From Allosphingosinicella sp. (lineage in GTDB: Bacteria; Pseudomonadota; Alphaproteobacteria; Sphingomonadales; Sphingomonadaceae): 64,000 nt of DNA. The position numbers were made by a program, and so were the translations under genes. Positions 13,308-23,200 of this stretch are shown piece by piece; the first letter of the stretch is position 1; every line of letters starts with the position of its first letter. The notes under the pieces were generated by a model, which worked only from the letters and a program-made list of their open reading frames with translations, was not told the DNA's origin and did not search any database. The stretch spans positions 4,711 through 68,710 of the forward strand of contig DASTFN010000044.1 of the NCBI GenBank assembly GCA_035719905.1, given 5' to 3'.

Positions 13308-14399
13308 TCATCTGCCGGCAATCTTCCAGCCCGACTGCCAGCGCTGGGCATCGAAGCGGAATCGGATGGGTATGGCGGTTTGCGTTGACCACGCCGCATC
13401 CGGCGCCCTGACGCATTTGTCCACCATAGCCCGCTGCTGCCCGCGAAACCGCTTCATGTCCGTGACCCTGATCCAGGCCACCGCCTCTACCGGTACCATT
13501 CCGAACACCGCATCGCGCCCGATGTCCGTGACAGCGACTTTTTCGACGTCCATTATTTCCGAGCATGGGACCGTGCGCATCTTGATCGATCCGCATGTGA
13601 GACGCCCAGGCGGAGCCTGTCCGTTCTCGTCGCACCCTTCGTTGCTCGTGTCGAAGATGATCTTTTTTTGATCCATCAGATGGCTTCGAATCTGTGCCTC
13701 GAGCTGGCCGTTCTCGTCGGTGGGCTGGGGGGCCGGCGGTGCGGACGGAGCCGATGGGGCAACCACCTGTACGATCCGCAGCTCGGGTGTCCGGTAGTCC
13801 ATGGAGAAAGTACCGTGGTCGGTCGAACCCCGGATCTTCCAGGTTCCGGCGATCCGCTTCGCGCCGCTTTCGATGGTGCCGTCATAATCGATGATGAGGT
13901 CCGAACCGTAGGTCTTGCTAAAGTGCACTTTCGAACCCTGTATCTTGCCTTCCGCTTTGACGCTGTGCTTGGGCGCGCCTGCGGCGTCGAGCGAGTGGGG
14001 CTCCATCACTGTGCCGCTAAGTCGGTCCCCTTCGACGGAGGCAGCGAAAGTGAAGGGTGTTGGCGGGTCGTCGCTTCCGGCGTAGCTATAGGACCCTTCC
14101 CATGTGCCGCTCAGTGACCCGGCCTGCGCAGACGGTGCGGGGGGCGACGCCGCAGCGGCTTCGGGGCTAGTCCCACCTGCTTTCCAAGTCACTACTGCGG
14201 CCGCGGCCACCGCAACGGCCAGGCAAGCACCAATCGCGGCTGGCACGGGGAGGCGGCGCTTCTTCGGGGCCTCCGCAGCCTCTTCCTTTTCGACGGTAGC
14301 GACGGAAGTATCGTCTGGCGCAGTTTTCTGGCCACAATGCCGGCAAAAGCGATCCGACTGTTCGACCTTTTCTCCGCACTGTCCGCAAAATCCCGGCAT
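13308..14399 (-). CDS. Zinc-ribbon membrane-anchored protein with a beta-barrel-like periplasmic domain
   Basis: FCGQCG..FCRHCG double CxxC, one TM, then LSGTWEGSY..SGTV..GTW..GTFSM. Confidence 0.7.
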   Translation of the reverse strand: MPGFCGQCGEKVEQSDRFCRHCGQKTAPDDTSVATVEKEEAAEAPKKRRLPVPAAIGACLAVAVAAAAVVTWKAGGTSPEAAAASPPAPSAQAGSLSGTWEGSYSYAGSDDPPTPFTFAASVEGDRLSGTVMEPHSLDAAGAPKHSVKAEGKIQGSKVHFSKTYGSDLIIDYDGTIESGAKRIAGTWKIRGSTDHGTFSMDYRTPELRIVQVVAPSAPSAPPAPQPTDENGQLEAQIRSHLMDQKKIIFDTSNEGCDENGQAPPGRLTCGSIKMRTVPCSEIMDVEKVAVTDIGRDAVFGMVPVEAVAWIRVTDMKRFRGQQRAMVDKCVRAPDAAWSTQTAIPIRFRFDAQRWQSGWKIAGR

Positions 14400-14479
14400 C
14401 TGGCTATCCTGGACCGAGGTCACTGCCTGCTCTGAAGGACCCAACTCTCAAGCGAGCGCAGTCCATATTCGCGGTCAGA

Positions 14480-14764
14480 CTAGCGTCGACTGCCGTTTGG
14501 AAGGTTAGGCCACGGCTCGCACACCTTTTTATCCCACATCATGCGCCGAACCTCGAACCAGCACTTTCGGCATTGGGTCAGGGTCCGTCCGGTGGGCGTC
14601 GAGGGTTTAACACCCCCTCCGAATATGCCTTGTTGCCTGTAATCGCGACACTCATCCGGAGCGGGACGAGTTTGTTGTGCCGCAGAGCTGCTATATTCGG
14701 ATAGATTTACTGGGAAGCTCATGGCGAGGACGGAAAGAGCGATCCACAGGCACCTATACGTCAT
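14480..14764 (-). CDS. Small secreted Cys-rich hypothetical protein
   Basis: Signal-like N terminus, 5 Cys, RBS GGGGA. Confidence 0.55.
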   Translation of the reverse strand: MTYRCLWIALSVLAMSFPVNLSEYSSSAAQQTRPAPDECRDYRQQGIFGGGVKPSTPTGRTLTQCRKCWFEVRRMMWDKKVCEPWPNLPNGSRR

Positions 14765-14911
14765 GTCGGTTCCCCACTGCAGAGATTGAACTGCACTCGA
14801 CTCGTACGCAAACCGGAAAGCTACTTGTTATCTAGCCCCTCGTAAAGCGCTCCTCATCACGTTCTCATTTACATTTATTCTCAAATCACGGCGTACATAG
14901 CGGTCAGGGGG

Positions 14912-15367
14912 TCAGCCGGCCCTCTGGCCTTTGCGGACGCGGATCAGGCGATCCCGGTGCGCCTTCAGGACTAACGCACCGGCTACCTTCCAGCCGATAA
15001 ACGTGAAGATCGCGAACGCGAACATAAGCCACGTTAGGTCGAGTTCAGATCGGGCGGTTGTGAGTTCACGTTGGAAGAATGCGAAAGTGTAGCAACCTCC
15101 CACATACCCGGCGATGGCTGCTCGAGCGATGCCCGGCGGCACTGAACGGATTAGCATGCCACCTAGTCTCCAGACGGCCCACACTGCCGCCCCGGTAAGG
15201 ACAATCACAATCGCCGGATGCAAGGTGGTCACACCTGTGAGGATAGCCAGCTTGTACAAAACGTAGGCGGGAAAGAAGGCTGGTATGAGCACAAGCGCAG
15301 TTGCAAACAGCAGAAGGCCAAGGCCGCCCGCGGTGCTGGAGACTTGCTGATCCGGATCACGGGTCAT
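14912..15367 (-). CDS. Integral membrane hypothetical protein (about 4 TM)
   Basis: Hydrophobic segments; RBS GGAG. Confidence 0.65.
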   Translation of the reverse strand: MTRDPDQQVSSTAGGLGLLLFATALVLIPAFFPAYVLYKLAILTGVTTLHPAIVIVLTGAAVWAVWRLGGMLIRSVPPGIARAAIAGYVGGCYTFAFFQRELTTARSELDLTWLMFAFAIFTFIGWKVAGALVLKAHRDRLIRVRKGQRAG

Positions 15368-15398
15368 TCGATTCGCTCCTGCAGGACGTCAATCGGCC

Positions 15399-15914
15399 TC
15401 AGTCGCTGGTCCAGCGGACCGCAGGCTTGCCATTGCGCATCTTGAAGAGCGCGGAGCTCGACTCCGGACAGGTGAAAGCCACGGCAGTGCGATCGGTTCG
15501 GTCAGGTTCGATGTAGCAGCTGCCTGTCCAAGGTCCCTTGAAGCTGGCGATCGTCAGAGGCCGCCGTTTCGGCTTGCCGGCGAACTCTACGACCAGGGCG
15601 CTGACGGCGCGGCCATCGACCATCCGCACCAAGTCCGCCGTGCCGTTTCGGTCGTAGTCGACCCGGGCAGCAAAGGTGCACTTGTTGTAATCGGCCTTGT
15701 CGCATCGTGCAGCCGGAACCGGGCGCAGCCTGTCCCTGACGAGATCAGGTGTGCCGGCTTGAAAGGGTGACTCCCAAGTACTCGCGGGGGAGGTGGCGAC
15801 AGCGAACTGCGGCCAGAAAAGAGCGACCAGCGGTAGCCATTGGAGGCCCCATCTGGATCGGGCTAGGCTTTGATCGCCCTGTGCTTGTGAATTCCAGCCC
15901 TTGTTTTTGGCCAC
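15399..15914 (-). CDS. Secreted hypothetical protein with FG-GAP-like motif
   Basis: GTG start with GAGGAG RBS; VDYDRNGTADLV; TCPESSSALF. Confidence 0.65.
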   Translation of the reverse strand: MAKNKGWNSQAQGDQSLARSRWGLQWLPLVALFWPQFAVATSPASTWESPFQAGTPDLVRDRLRPVPAARCDKADYNKCTFAARVDYDRNGTADLVRMVDGRAVSALVVEFAGKPKRRPLTIASFKGPWTGSCYIEPDRTDRTAVAFTCPESSSALFKMRNGKPAVRWTSD

Positions 15915-16499
15915 GCGCGGTCTCCTCTAACGCCAGCCAGACAGCCGGCGGCATCTCCCCAAAAAGGGGCAAATGGGGAAAGGAGCTTTTATGTGACGCG
16001 CCCGACCCCGTGCTCAGCACCGCCACCCGGGAGCCGGGCGGTTTGAACACGTGCGAGCACGGATGCAGCACGCCCCACGTATTCGCCGTGAGGCTGTTGT
16101 ATTTCGTGGGCCGCCCGACATGAGCGGACCGTGCTCGGCACGCGTGGTGCACCGACGAAGCTGTTCAAGACTCCGGCGGCGAGGAGGAAACTACGCTGAT
16201 GTTTCCGCCTCGGCAAGCGAGACGACGTTACCTTCGCTCCTCAGGGTGCTGAGACTGCGTTGGAGGTAGCGACTTGCCGGGCGGCAGGCCTCGGCGTATC
16301 CCCATTGCGCGTTCCCGATCGTGGATGTGAGGGAGCGCCCGCCTTAGGGCGCGTGGACCACAGGCACCGGCTTCGGTCGGGTGGCCTGCCGAATAAAACA
16401 CCCTTCGGGGGAATAAGCAGGGCGCACACCCCTGTGGTCCATGCGCATCCAACCACCCGGCTAGGGGCTGGGTGAGGCGGTGGCCGCAGGGGAAGCCGC

Positions 16500-16610
16500 A
16501 TGCCGAATCAACCCAGTCGCACCGAGCTCACGCTCGTGGCGCTGTCGTGGGCGATGTTCGCCTTCACGCTCTTGGTCGCGCTTAGAAACTGGTCTGGCTC
16601 CCCTCGCTAG
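16500..16610 (+). CDS. Putative 36-aa single-TM peptide (below ORF-track cutoff)
   Basis: Manual translation MPNQPSRTELTLVALSWAMFAFTLLVALRNWSGSPR*; purine-rich GGGGAAG upstream. Confidence 0.4.
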   Translation: MPNQPSRTELTLVALSWAMFAFTLLVALRNWSGSPR

Positions 16611-16729
16611 GCCGGTTGCCCCCGCCGTGGACGCTTCCTCCAGCGGGGGCGGGGGCCGGAGTATGCGAACGCAGGACTCCGGCCCCCAAGCATCATCTTA
16701 CGCGGCTTGATACGAGAGCCGTCCGGCCA

Positions 16730-18043
16730 TCAATTGTTCGTCATCACCCGGATCGCAACTTCGTCATCGATATAGTCAATCGGCATGTAGACGATCTGGC
16801 TGGCGCCGCCGCTGGTCGCGCCGCCTGCGGTGATGATCCCATAGGCCTTGATGTTGCCGGCCGAATCCGCCGGCGAGAAGACCGCGCCGCCGCTGTCGCC
16901 GGGCGCGGCGATCAGCGACCCCGAGTTCCGGACCGCGTGGATCCAGCCTTTGACCCCGTTATAGGTGTAGGCGCCGTTGTCGATCGTCCCGCAGACGAGC
17001 CCGGTCTTCCACCCGGACTTGCAGATCGCCATGCCCGACGTCTGACCGTAATAGCCGACGGTGCCGGTCACATAGAAATAGCCGCCGCGCGGATAAGCGG
17101 GTTCGGTCGAGTAATTCTCGTAATAGACCCACGAGCCGGTATCCATGCCGGTCGTCTCATGGAACTGGTAATCGTATTTCGTGCCGTAGGCCCAGCGCGC
17201 GATGGTCGGGCTGGGCAGTTGCACCCAATGGCCCTCGACCGAATACCAGTACTTGCCGTCGGGACCCGGTTCGCAGTGGCCTGCGGTGAGGATGCCCTTC
17301 GTCGTCCCGAGCGTCGCCGGGAAAGCGAAGGAGCAGCCCTTGTACGGGTCGGGGTTGACCGGATCGATCTGGTTGGTCTGCCAATAGTTGAACCCGCCGT
17401 AGATATAGTCGCCGAGCTGCACGCCCACCGGCGCCGCCGTCGGCGTCGGGATTGGACCGACCTCCACCCTCGGCGCGGGCGAGATGCCGGCGAGCGCGGT
17501 CCTCACCTTGTCGGCCTCCGCGGCAGTCTCGACCCGCACCGCCAGCGTCCCCGTCTCCTCCTCGATCCAGCTCGTGAACTTCTTGATCCCGGCCGCCTGG
17601 ATGCGCTTGTTCACGTCGTCCTGCTCGGCGAGCACCGCCTTGCGCGGCCGAGGCATCTTCTTGAGCTGGACGTAACGCCGGATCTTCGGATCGATCTGGT
17701 ATTTGAGAAGCTTGCGGTCGTCGGGATCGGTGAAGCCGATCACGATCTTGAACACCGGCGTCTGCTGGACCCAGATTCCCGCAAACGACGGGTCGTCGTC
17801 CTTGAACACCTGCGCCACCAGCGCGGATATCTCGTCCTGCAGCCGAATCCGCTCGGCCGCGTCCGCGACGCTGATCCCATAAGTGGAAGCGAGATAGCTC
17901 GCTCCGGGTGGAACGTCCGATTTCGTCGCCGCCTTTGGCTTGGGCGGCGCTTTCGGCGCCTCGGCAGTGGGTTGGGCAAGGCTCGCTGTCCCAAGCAGAG
18001 CCAGAGCTGAAATGAAGCAACGCACCACGGGAAACCGGTTCAT
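16730..18043 (-). CDS. Secreted S1-family serine protease (alpha-lytic/streptogrisin-like, with pro-region)
   Basis: Signal peptide; ILTAGHC (catalytic His), YDY, CKSGWKTG..CG, GDSGG (catalytic Ser). Confidence 0.9.
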   Translation of the reverse strand: MNRFPVVRCFISALALLGTASLAQPTAEAPKAPPKPKAATKSDVPPGASYLASTYGISVADAAERIRLQDEISALVAQVFKDDDPSFAGIWVQQTPVFKIVIGFTDPDDRKLLKYQIDPKIRRYVQLKKMPRPRKAVLAEQDDVNKRIQAAGIKKFTSWIEEETGTLAVRVETAAEADKVRTALAGISPAPRVEVGPIPTPTAAPVGVQLGDYIYGGFNYWQTNQIDPVNPDPYKGCSFAFPATLGTTKGILTAGHCEPGPDGKYWYSVEGHWVQLPSPTIARWAYGTKYDYQFHETTGMDTGSWVYYENYSTEPAYPRGGYFYVTGTVGYYGQTSGMAICKSGWKTGLVCGTIDNGAYTYNGVKGWIHAVRNSGSLIAAPGDSGGAVFSPADSAGNIKAYGIITAGGATSGGASQIVYMPIDYIDDEVAIRVMTNN

Positions 18044-18052
18044 GTCACATCC

Positions 18053-18598
18053 TCACGTTCCGTTGATCGCATAGAGATCCTTCGGGCAGCCCTGCCCGGG
18101 AGCGGCGCTGAGCCGCAGATCGGTCGCGCCCGGCCGGCCGAAGAGTCCTCCGGGGAGGTTGACGGTCGCCCCCAGCTCGAATTCCGTGCCGTTCGGCAGA
18201 CGTATCCGCGGACGCTCCGCCGTGCCCGCCCATCGCGTCCCCGCCGGCCACACCGGCGTCGATCGTCGCTCGCCCGACTTGAAGACCAGGCACGTCCCCT
18301 CGATGCCCAGCGTCCCCATCTGAAGCGCCAGCGGCAAGGGATGGTCGGAGCGTTCGTTGAATATCAGGGGGACGGGGTCACGCACGGCCTGAGTACCCAC
18401 CGCCGAAGGCTGGGCGGCGGCCGGGTCGGGAGAACTCACATTGGCGGGCGGGGACTCGTCTTCGCGGTTCACCGAATCGGGAGCCGAGCTGCACGAGGCC
18501 AGCAGCAGAACGCCAAGCGTACAGTACGCATGTTTCACAGACATCTGTTTCGACACAACGCTACAAACTAGGCCGATTCTACGCTTGGCGATCGACAT
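18053..18598 (-). CDS. Lipoprotein co-transcribed with the S1 protease
   Basis: Lipobox LLASC; GTL..EGTCLV..PVWPAG; AGGAG RBS; ends 9 bp before the protease start. Confidence 0.7.
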   Translation of the reverse strand: MSIAKRRIGLVCSVVSKQMSVKHAYCTLGVLLLASCSSAPDSVNREDESPPANVSSPDPAAAQPSAVGTQAVRDPVPLIFNERSDHPLPLALQMGTLGIEGTCLVFKSGERRSTPVWPAGTRWAGTAERPRIRLPNGTEFELGATVNLPGGLFGRPGATDLRLSAAPGQGCPKDLYAINGT

Positions 18599-18823
18599 CG
18601 TTCCGACTCCTTTCATTCGTCTTCTTTCGCAAAGCACCCTCGGGCCGTGTGCTGACTCCGCTTTGGAGCGGAAATTTCATCGTCATCCTTAACAGTCCCG
18701 ACGGTAACTTACTCGACAGGAATCTGTAGCCGCTCGCATGCTCTAGGTCGTAGATGGGGCCGACTACGAGACCCGCCGGTAGGACGCGCCCTTATCCAGT
18801 GCACTGGATCGCACCACCACCTT

Positions 18824-19243
18824 CTAGGTCTTCTTGGCCTTGAGCACGAAGGCGGCGCAGCCTTCGACGAATTCCCAGCTGGAACCACGGCAATCGCGTG
18901 GACTCGTCACCTTGCGCGCCTCAGCCCAGCGATAACCTGCCTCGTGGCGCTCGCAGCCGCCCGGGCAGCCGAAACCGCGGAAGCCGGCTTGTTCCTCTGT
19001 GTGCCGCCTTGCATCATAAGCCGAATAGGTCTCGCCGTTCTTCACGCCGTCAATAGGAACGCCGGTGTGGAACAGGGTGCGGCTACCGGACGCTTCGTCC
19101 GAGTGAGGGCCGCCATAGCCGAATAAGTCGACCACCGAGCGCCGGAGCCCATCATCCATCGAGACAAGTGCGCCTATGAAGGCAAGGACCACGAGCGCCA
19201 TTGCTGCGAGAAGCAGCCCGGGGCGGTCGGTGCGAATCCCCAT
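18824..19243 (-). CDS. Membrane-anchored Cys/His hypothetical protein
   Basis: One TM, then C..GC..HEAGYRWA..C.G.S..FVEGC; ATG overlaps the CDF stop (TGATG). Confidence 0.7.
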   Translation of the reverse strand: MGIRTDRPGLLLAAMALVVLAFIGALVSMDDGLRRSVVDLFGYGGPHSDEASGSRTLFHTGVPIDGVKNGETYSAYDARRHTEEQAGFRGFGCPGGCERHEAGYRWAEARKVTSPRDCRGSSWEFVEGCAAFVLKAKKT

Positions 19244-20157
19244 CAAACCGTCTCCGGCGGCGCCTGCTCGCAATCCTCGTGCGGCGCCGTCTCGATCTGG
19301 ATCGTCGAATGCTCAATGCTGTAGCGCTCGTGGAGCATCTTTGCAGCCTCGCGCAGGAAACCATCGTCCGGACGGCCCCCAGGCATAACCAGGTGGCAGG
19401 TGAGCGCCACCTCGGTCGTGCTCATCGGCCAGATGTGGAGATCGTGAACCCGCTCGACCCCGGTCAGGGCAGCGAGGCTCGCCTCGACGTTGGCGGGCAC
19501 GATCCGGGACGGCACCGCGTCGAGCGACATCGAGAGGGACTCGCGCAGAAGTCCCCAGGTGCCGACGAAGATCACCGCGACGATGACGATGCTGACCAGC
19601 GGATCGATCCAGTGCCAGCCGGTCTTCCAGATGATCAATCCGGCCACCACCACTCCGGCCGACACCGCGGCGTCGGCCGCCATGTGCAGATAGGCGCCAC
19701 GGATGTTGATATCGCCCTTCCGGCCGCTCGCGAACATCCAGGCGGTGATGCCGTTGACGACGATGCCGATCGCCGCGACGATCATCACGGTCCCGCCCTC
19801 CACTGGATGGGGATGGGTGAAGCGGCGCGTCGCCTCGACCGCGATCGCGCCGATGGCGACGAGCAGGAACACCGCGTTGAACAAGGCGGCCAGCACCGAG
19901 GACTTGCGCAGGCCGTAGGTGAAGCGCTCGCTGGGAGGCCGCTTCGTCAGCCTTACGGCGCCCCAGGCGACCAGCAGGCCGAGGACATCCGAGAGGTTGT
20001 GCCCGGCGTCGGCCAGCAGCGCCATCGAGTTGGCGAGGAAGCCGTAGCCCGCCTCGACCAGGACGAAGCCGATGTTGAGGATCGCGCCGATCAGGAAGGC
20101 GCGGCCGAAATCCTGCGGCGCGTGGCTGTGGCCGGAATGGTCGTGTCCTGCACCCAT
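19243..20157 (-). CDS. czcD: Cation diffusion facilitator (CzcD/ZitB-type) transporter
   Basis: His-rich N terminus, LLADAGHNLSD, AYLHMAAD, VHDLHIW. Confidence 0.92.
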   Translation of the reverse strand: MGAGHDHSGHSHAPQDFGRAFLIGAILNIGFVLVEAGYGFLANSMALLADAGHNLSDVLGLLVAWGAVRLTKRPPSERFTYGLRKSSVLAALFNAVFLLVAIGAIAVEATRRFTHPHPVEGGTVMIVAAIGIVVNGITAWMFASGRKGDINIRGAYLHMAADAAVSAGVVVAGLIIWKTGWHWIDPLVSIVIVAVIFVGTWGLLRESLSMSLDAVPSRIVPANVEASLAALTGVERVHDLHIWPMSTTEVALTCHLVMPGGRPDDGFLREAAKMLHERYSIEHSTIQIETAPHEDCEQAPPETV

Positions 20158-20209
20158 GATCAACACTCCTGCCTTTTCATAACGCCGCCGTCACCCACGA
20201 ACGGTCCCA

Positions 20210-23200
20210 TCACTTCGCCTCCGCCGGGCGGCCGAATATGCTCTCGCCCTCGTAATCGCCCCTCAGATGCGGCTTGCGCACCCGGAGCAGCAGCCGGCTG
20301 ATCGCCGGAAGCACGAACAGGGTGAGCAGGGTTGCGACGATTAGCCCGGCGATGACGACAATCGCGAGCGGCTTCTGGACCTCGGCGCCGCGGCCCGTCG
20401 CCACCGCCATCGGGACGAAGCCGATGGCCGGGACCACTCCGGTGATGATGACGGCGCGCACCCGCTCCATCATGCCGTCTACGATCGCGTCGGCGACCGG
20501 CACGCCGTCGGCCATGCGCTGGCGGATGCTGGTCATGACAACGAGCCCGTTCAGCACCGTCACTCCGGAGAGGACGATGAAGCCCACCGCCGCCGAGATC
20601 GAGAAGGAGAGGCCGGCGAGGAACAGTCCGAAGACTCCGCCCGCCAGGCCCAGCGGCACCGCCGAATAGACGGCGAGCGCCGCCGAGACGCTGCGCAGCG
20701 CCATGAACAGAATCCCGAAGATGAGGAGGAAGACGAGCGGGATGACCAGCGTCAGGCGAGCCGAGGCGGCCTGGAGGTTCTCATACTGGCCGCCCCAGCG
20801 GATGAAGACCCCCGGGGGAAGCTGGACCTCGCGGCCGACCCTCGCTTGCGCCTCCTCGACGAACGAGCCGAGATCGCGGCCGCGAACATTGGCCTGGACG
20901 ACGACCCGGCGCTGGCCGTTCTCGCGGCTGACCTGGTTGACCCCTTCCGAGACCTGGAAGCTGGCGAGCTGGCTGAGCGGGACCGATTGGCGCACGCCTA
21001 CGCCCTCCGGCAGCATCACCGGCAGCGCACCGACCGCCTCCAGGTCATCGCGGGACCGATCGTCGAGCCGAACGACGATGTCGAACCGCCTGTCGCCTTC
21101 GAAGACGAGACCGGACTCCCGCCCACCCAGCGCAGCGGCGACGGTGTCGCTCACCTCCGTCATCGACATGCCGTAGCGGGCGATGGCGTCGCGGTTGAAC
21201 TGGACGTCGAGCGTCGGGAAGCCGGCGGTCTGCTCGACGCGAAGGTCCGAGGCGCCCTCGATCCGACCGACGATGCTTCCGATCCGGGCCGCCACCCGCT
21301 CGAGCTGGCCCAAATCGTCGCCGAAGACCTTGATCGCGACGTCGCCGCGAACGCCCGCGATGAGCTCGTTGAAGCGCATCTCGATCGGCTGGCTAACCTC
21401 GTAGGCGTTGCCGGTAAGGCTCGCCATCTTCGCCTCGATCCGCTCGACCACCGCCTCCTTGCCGTCGACCCCGTCCGGCCACTGGTCCTCGGGCTTGAGA
21501 ATGACGAACGAATCCGAGACATTCTGCGGCATCGGATCCGTGGCGACCTCGGCGGTCCCGGTCTTCGAATAGACGAATGCCACTTCGGGAAGCGACGAGA
21601 TCGCCCATTCCACCCGCCGCTGCATGTCGAGCGACTGGTCCAGCGATGTCGACGGGACCCGGATCGCCTGTACGGACAGATCGCCCTCGTCGAGCTGGGG
21701 GATGAACTCCTGGCCGAGCGTCAGGAACAGGATGCCGGCCGCGACGAAGGTGCCGACACCGGCGCCGATCCACGGCCAAGGCCGTGCGATAACCCGCCGC
21801 AGCAGCGGTTCGTAGCGCGCCTTGACCCAGAGGATGGCCTTGACCTCCTTTTCCGCCACCTTCCCCCGGATAAGGATCGCCACCATCGCAGGGACGAACG
21901 TCAGCGAGAGGACGAAGGCCCCGACCAGGGCCAGCATCACCGTCACCGCCATCGGCGTGAACATCTTGCCCTCGACCCCCGTGAAGGTGAGCAGGGGCGC
22001 GAAGACGAGCAAGATGATTGCTTGGCCGTAGACGGTGGGACGGACCATCTCCTTCGAGGCCTCGAAGACCTCGTGGAGGCGTTCCGGCAAGGTCAGCAGC
22101 CGTCCCTCTCCATGCTGCCGCTCCGCGAGCCTTCGCAGGCAATTCTCGATGATGATAATCGAGCCGTCGACGATCAGCCCGAAGTCGAGCGCCCCGAGGC
22201 TCATCAAATTCCCGGAAACGCCGTACTGGTTCATCCCGATCGCCATCGTCAGGAACGAGAGCGGGATGACGAGCGCGGCGATGATCGCCGCCCGGATGTT
22301 GCCGAGCAGCCAGAACAGCGAGGCGATCACCGCCAAGGCGCCGAGGACAAGATTTTCCTCAACGGTCGAGATCGTCGCCTCGACCAGTGCCGAGCGGTCG
22401 TAGACGGGAGTGACCCGCACTCCGGGCGGCAGCGAGCGGGAGACCTCCTCCAATCTCTCGGCGACCGCCTTGGCGACGATCCGGCTGTTGCCACCGGCCA
22501 GCATTAGCGCGGTGCCGACGACCGTCTCCCGGCCGTTGATCGACGCGGCGCCGGTGCGCAGCTCGCCGCCGACCTGGACGGTGGCGACATTGGCGACGGT
22601 CACTGGAACCCCGCTACGAGTGGCGACAGCGGTGCGACCGATCTCGTCGATATGACGGATGCGGGCGTCGGCGCGGACGAGGAAAGCTTCGCCGCCCCGC
22701 TCGATGAAGTTCGCGCCCACCGAGATGTTCGCCCGCTCCAGCGCCTCGGCGAGCTCGGAGAAGGAGATTCTGTAGGCGGCGAGCCTGCTTGGATCGGGCT
22801 GGACGACGAACTGCTTCTCGTACCCCCCGATCGAATCGATGCCGGCGACGCCCTTGACGGTGCGGAGCTGCGGGCGAACAACCCAGTCCTGGACGGTCCT
22901 CAGATAAGCGAGGCGCGAGACCTCATCGCTCAATTGCTCGCCCTCGGGCGTCAGGTAGGAGCCGTCCGGTTGGAAGCCGGGGCGGCCGGCGATCTTCGGA
23001 TTGCGGGCCGTGGCCGTGGGCGCGAAGCCGACCGTCCACATCAGGACCTCGCCGAGGCCGGTCGAGACCGGCCCCATCTGCGGCTCGACGTCCGCCGGCA
23101 GGCTCTCGCCGGCCTGGGCGAGCCGTTCTGCGACCTGTTGCCGCGCAAAATAGATGTCGACGCCCTCGTCGAACACGGCCGTCACCTGGGCGAAACCGTT

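Noticed and set aside
9482-15914. Integron cassette array explanation for the small-gene cluster
   Set aside because: No recurring attC-like palindromes or GTTRRRY cores between genes, and no integron integrase.
15981-15996. Strong RBS followed by ATG-TGA (start-stop minigene)
   Set aside because: The read-through frame gives no recognisable protein, so it cannot be distinguished from chance.
16395-16435. AGGGCGCAC resembling a MOBQ-type oriT nick region
   Set aside because: Only 9 bp match, the adjacent TTA is missing, and there is no relaxase or tra gene in the window.
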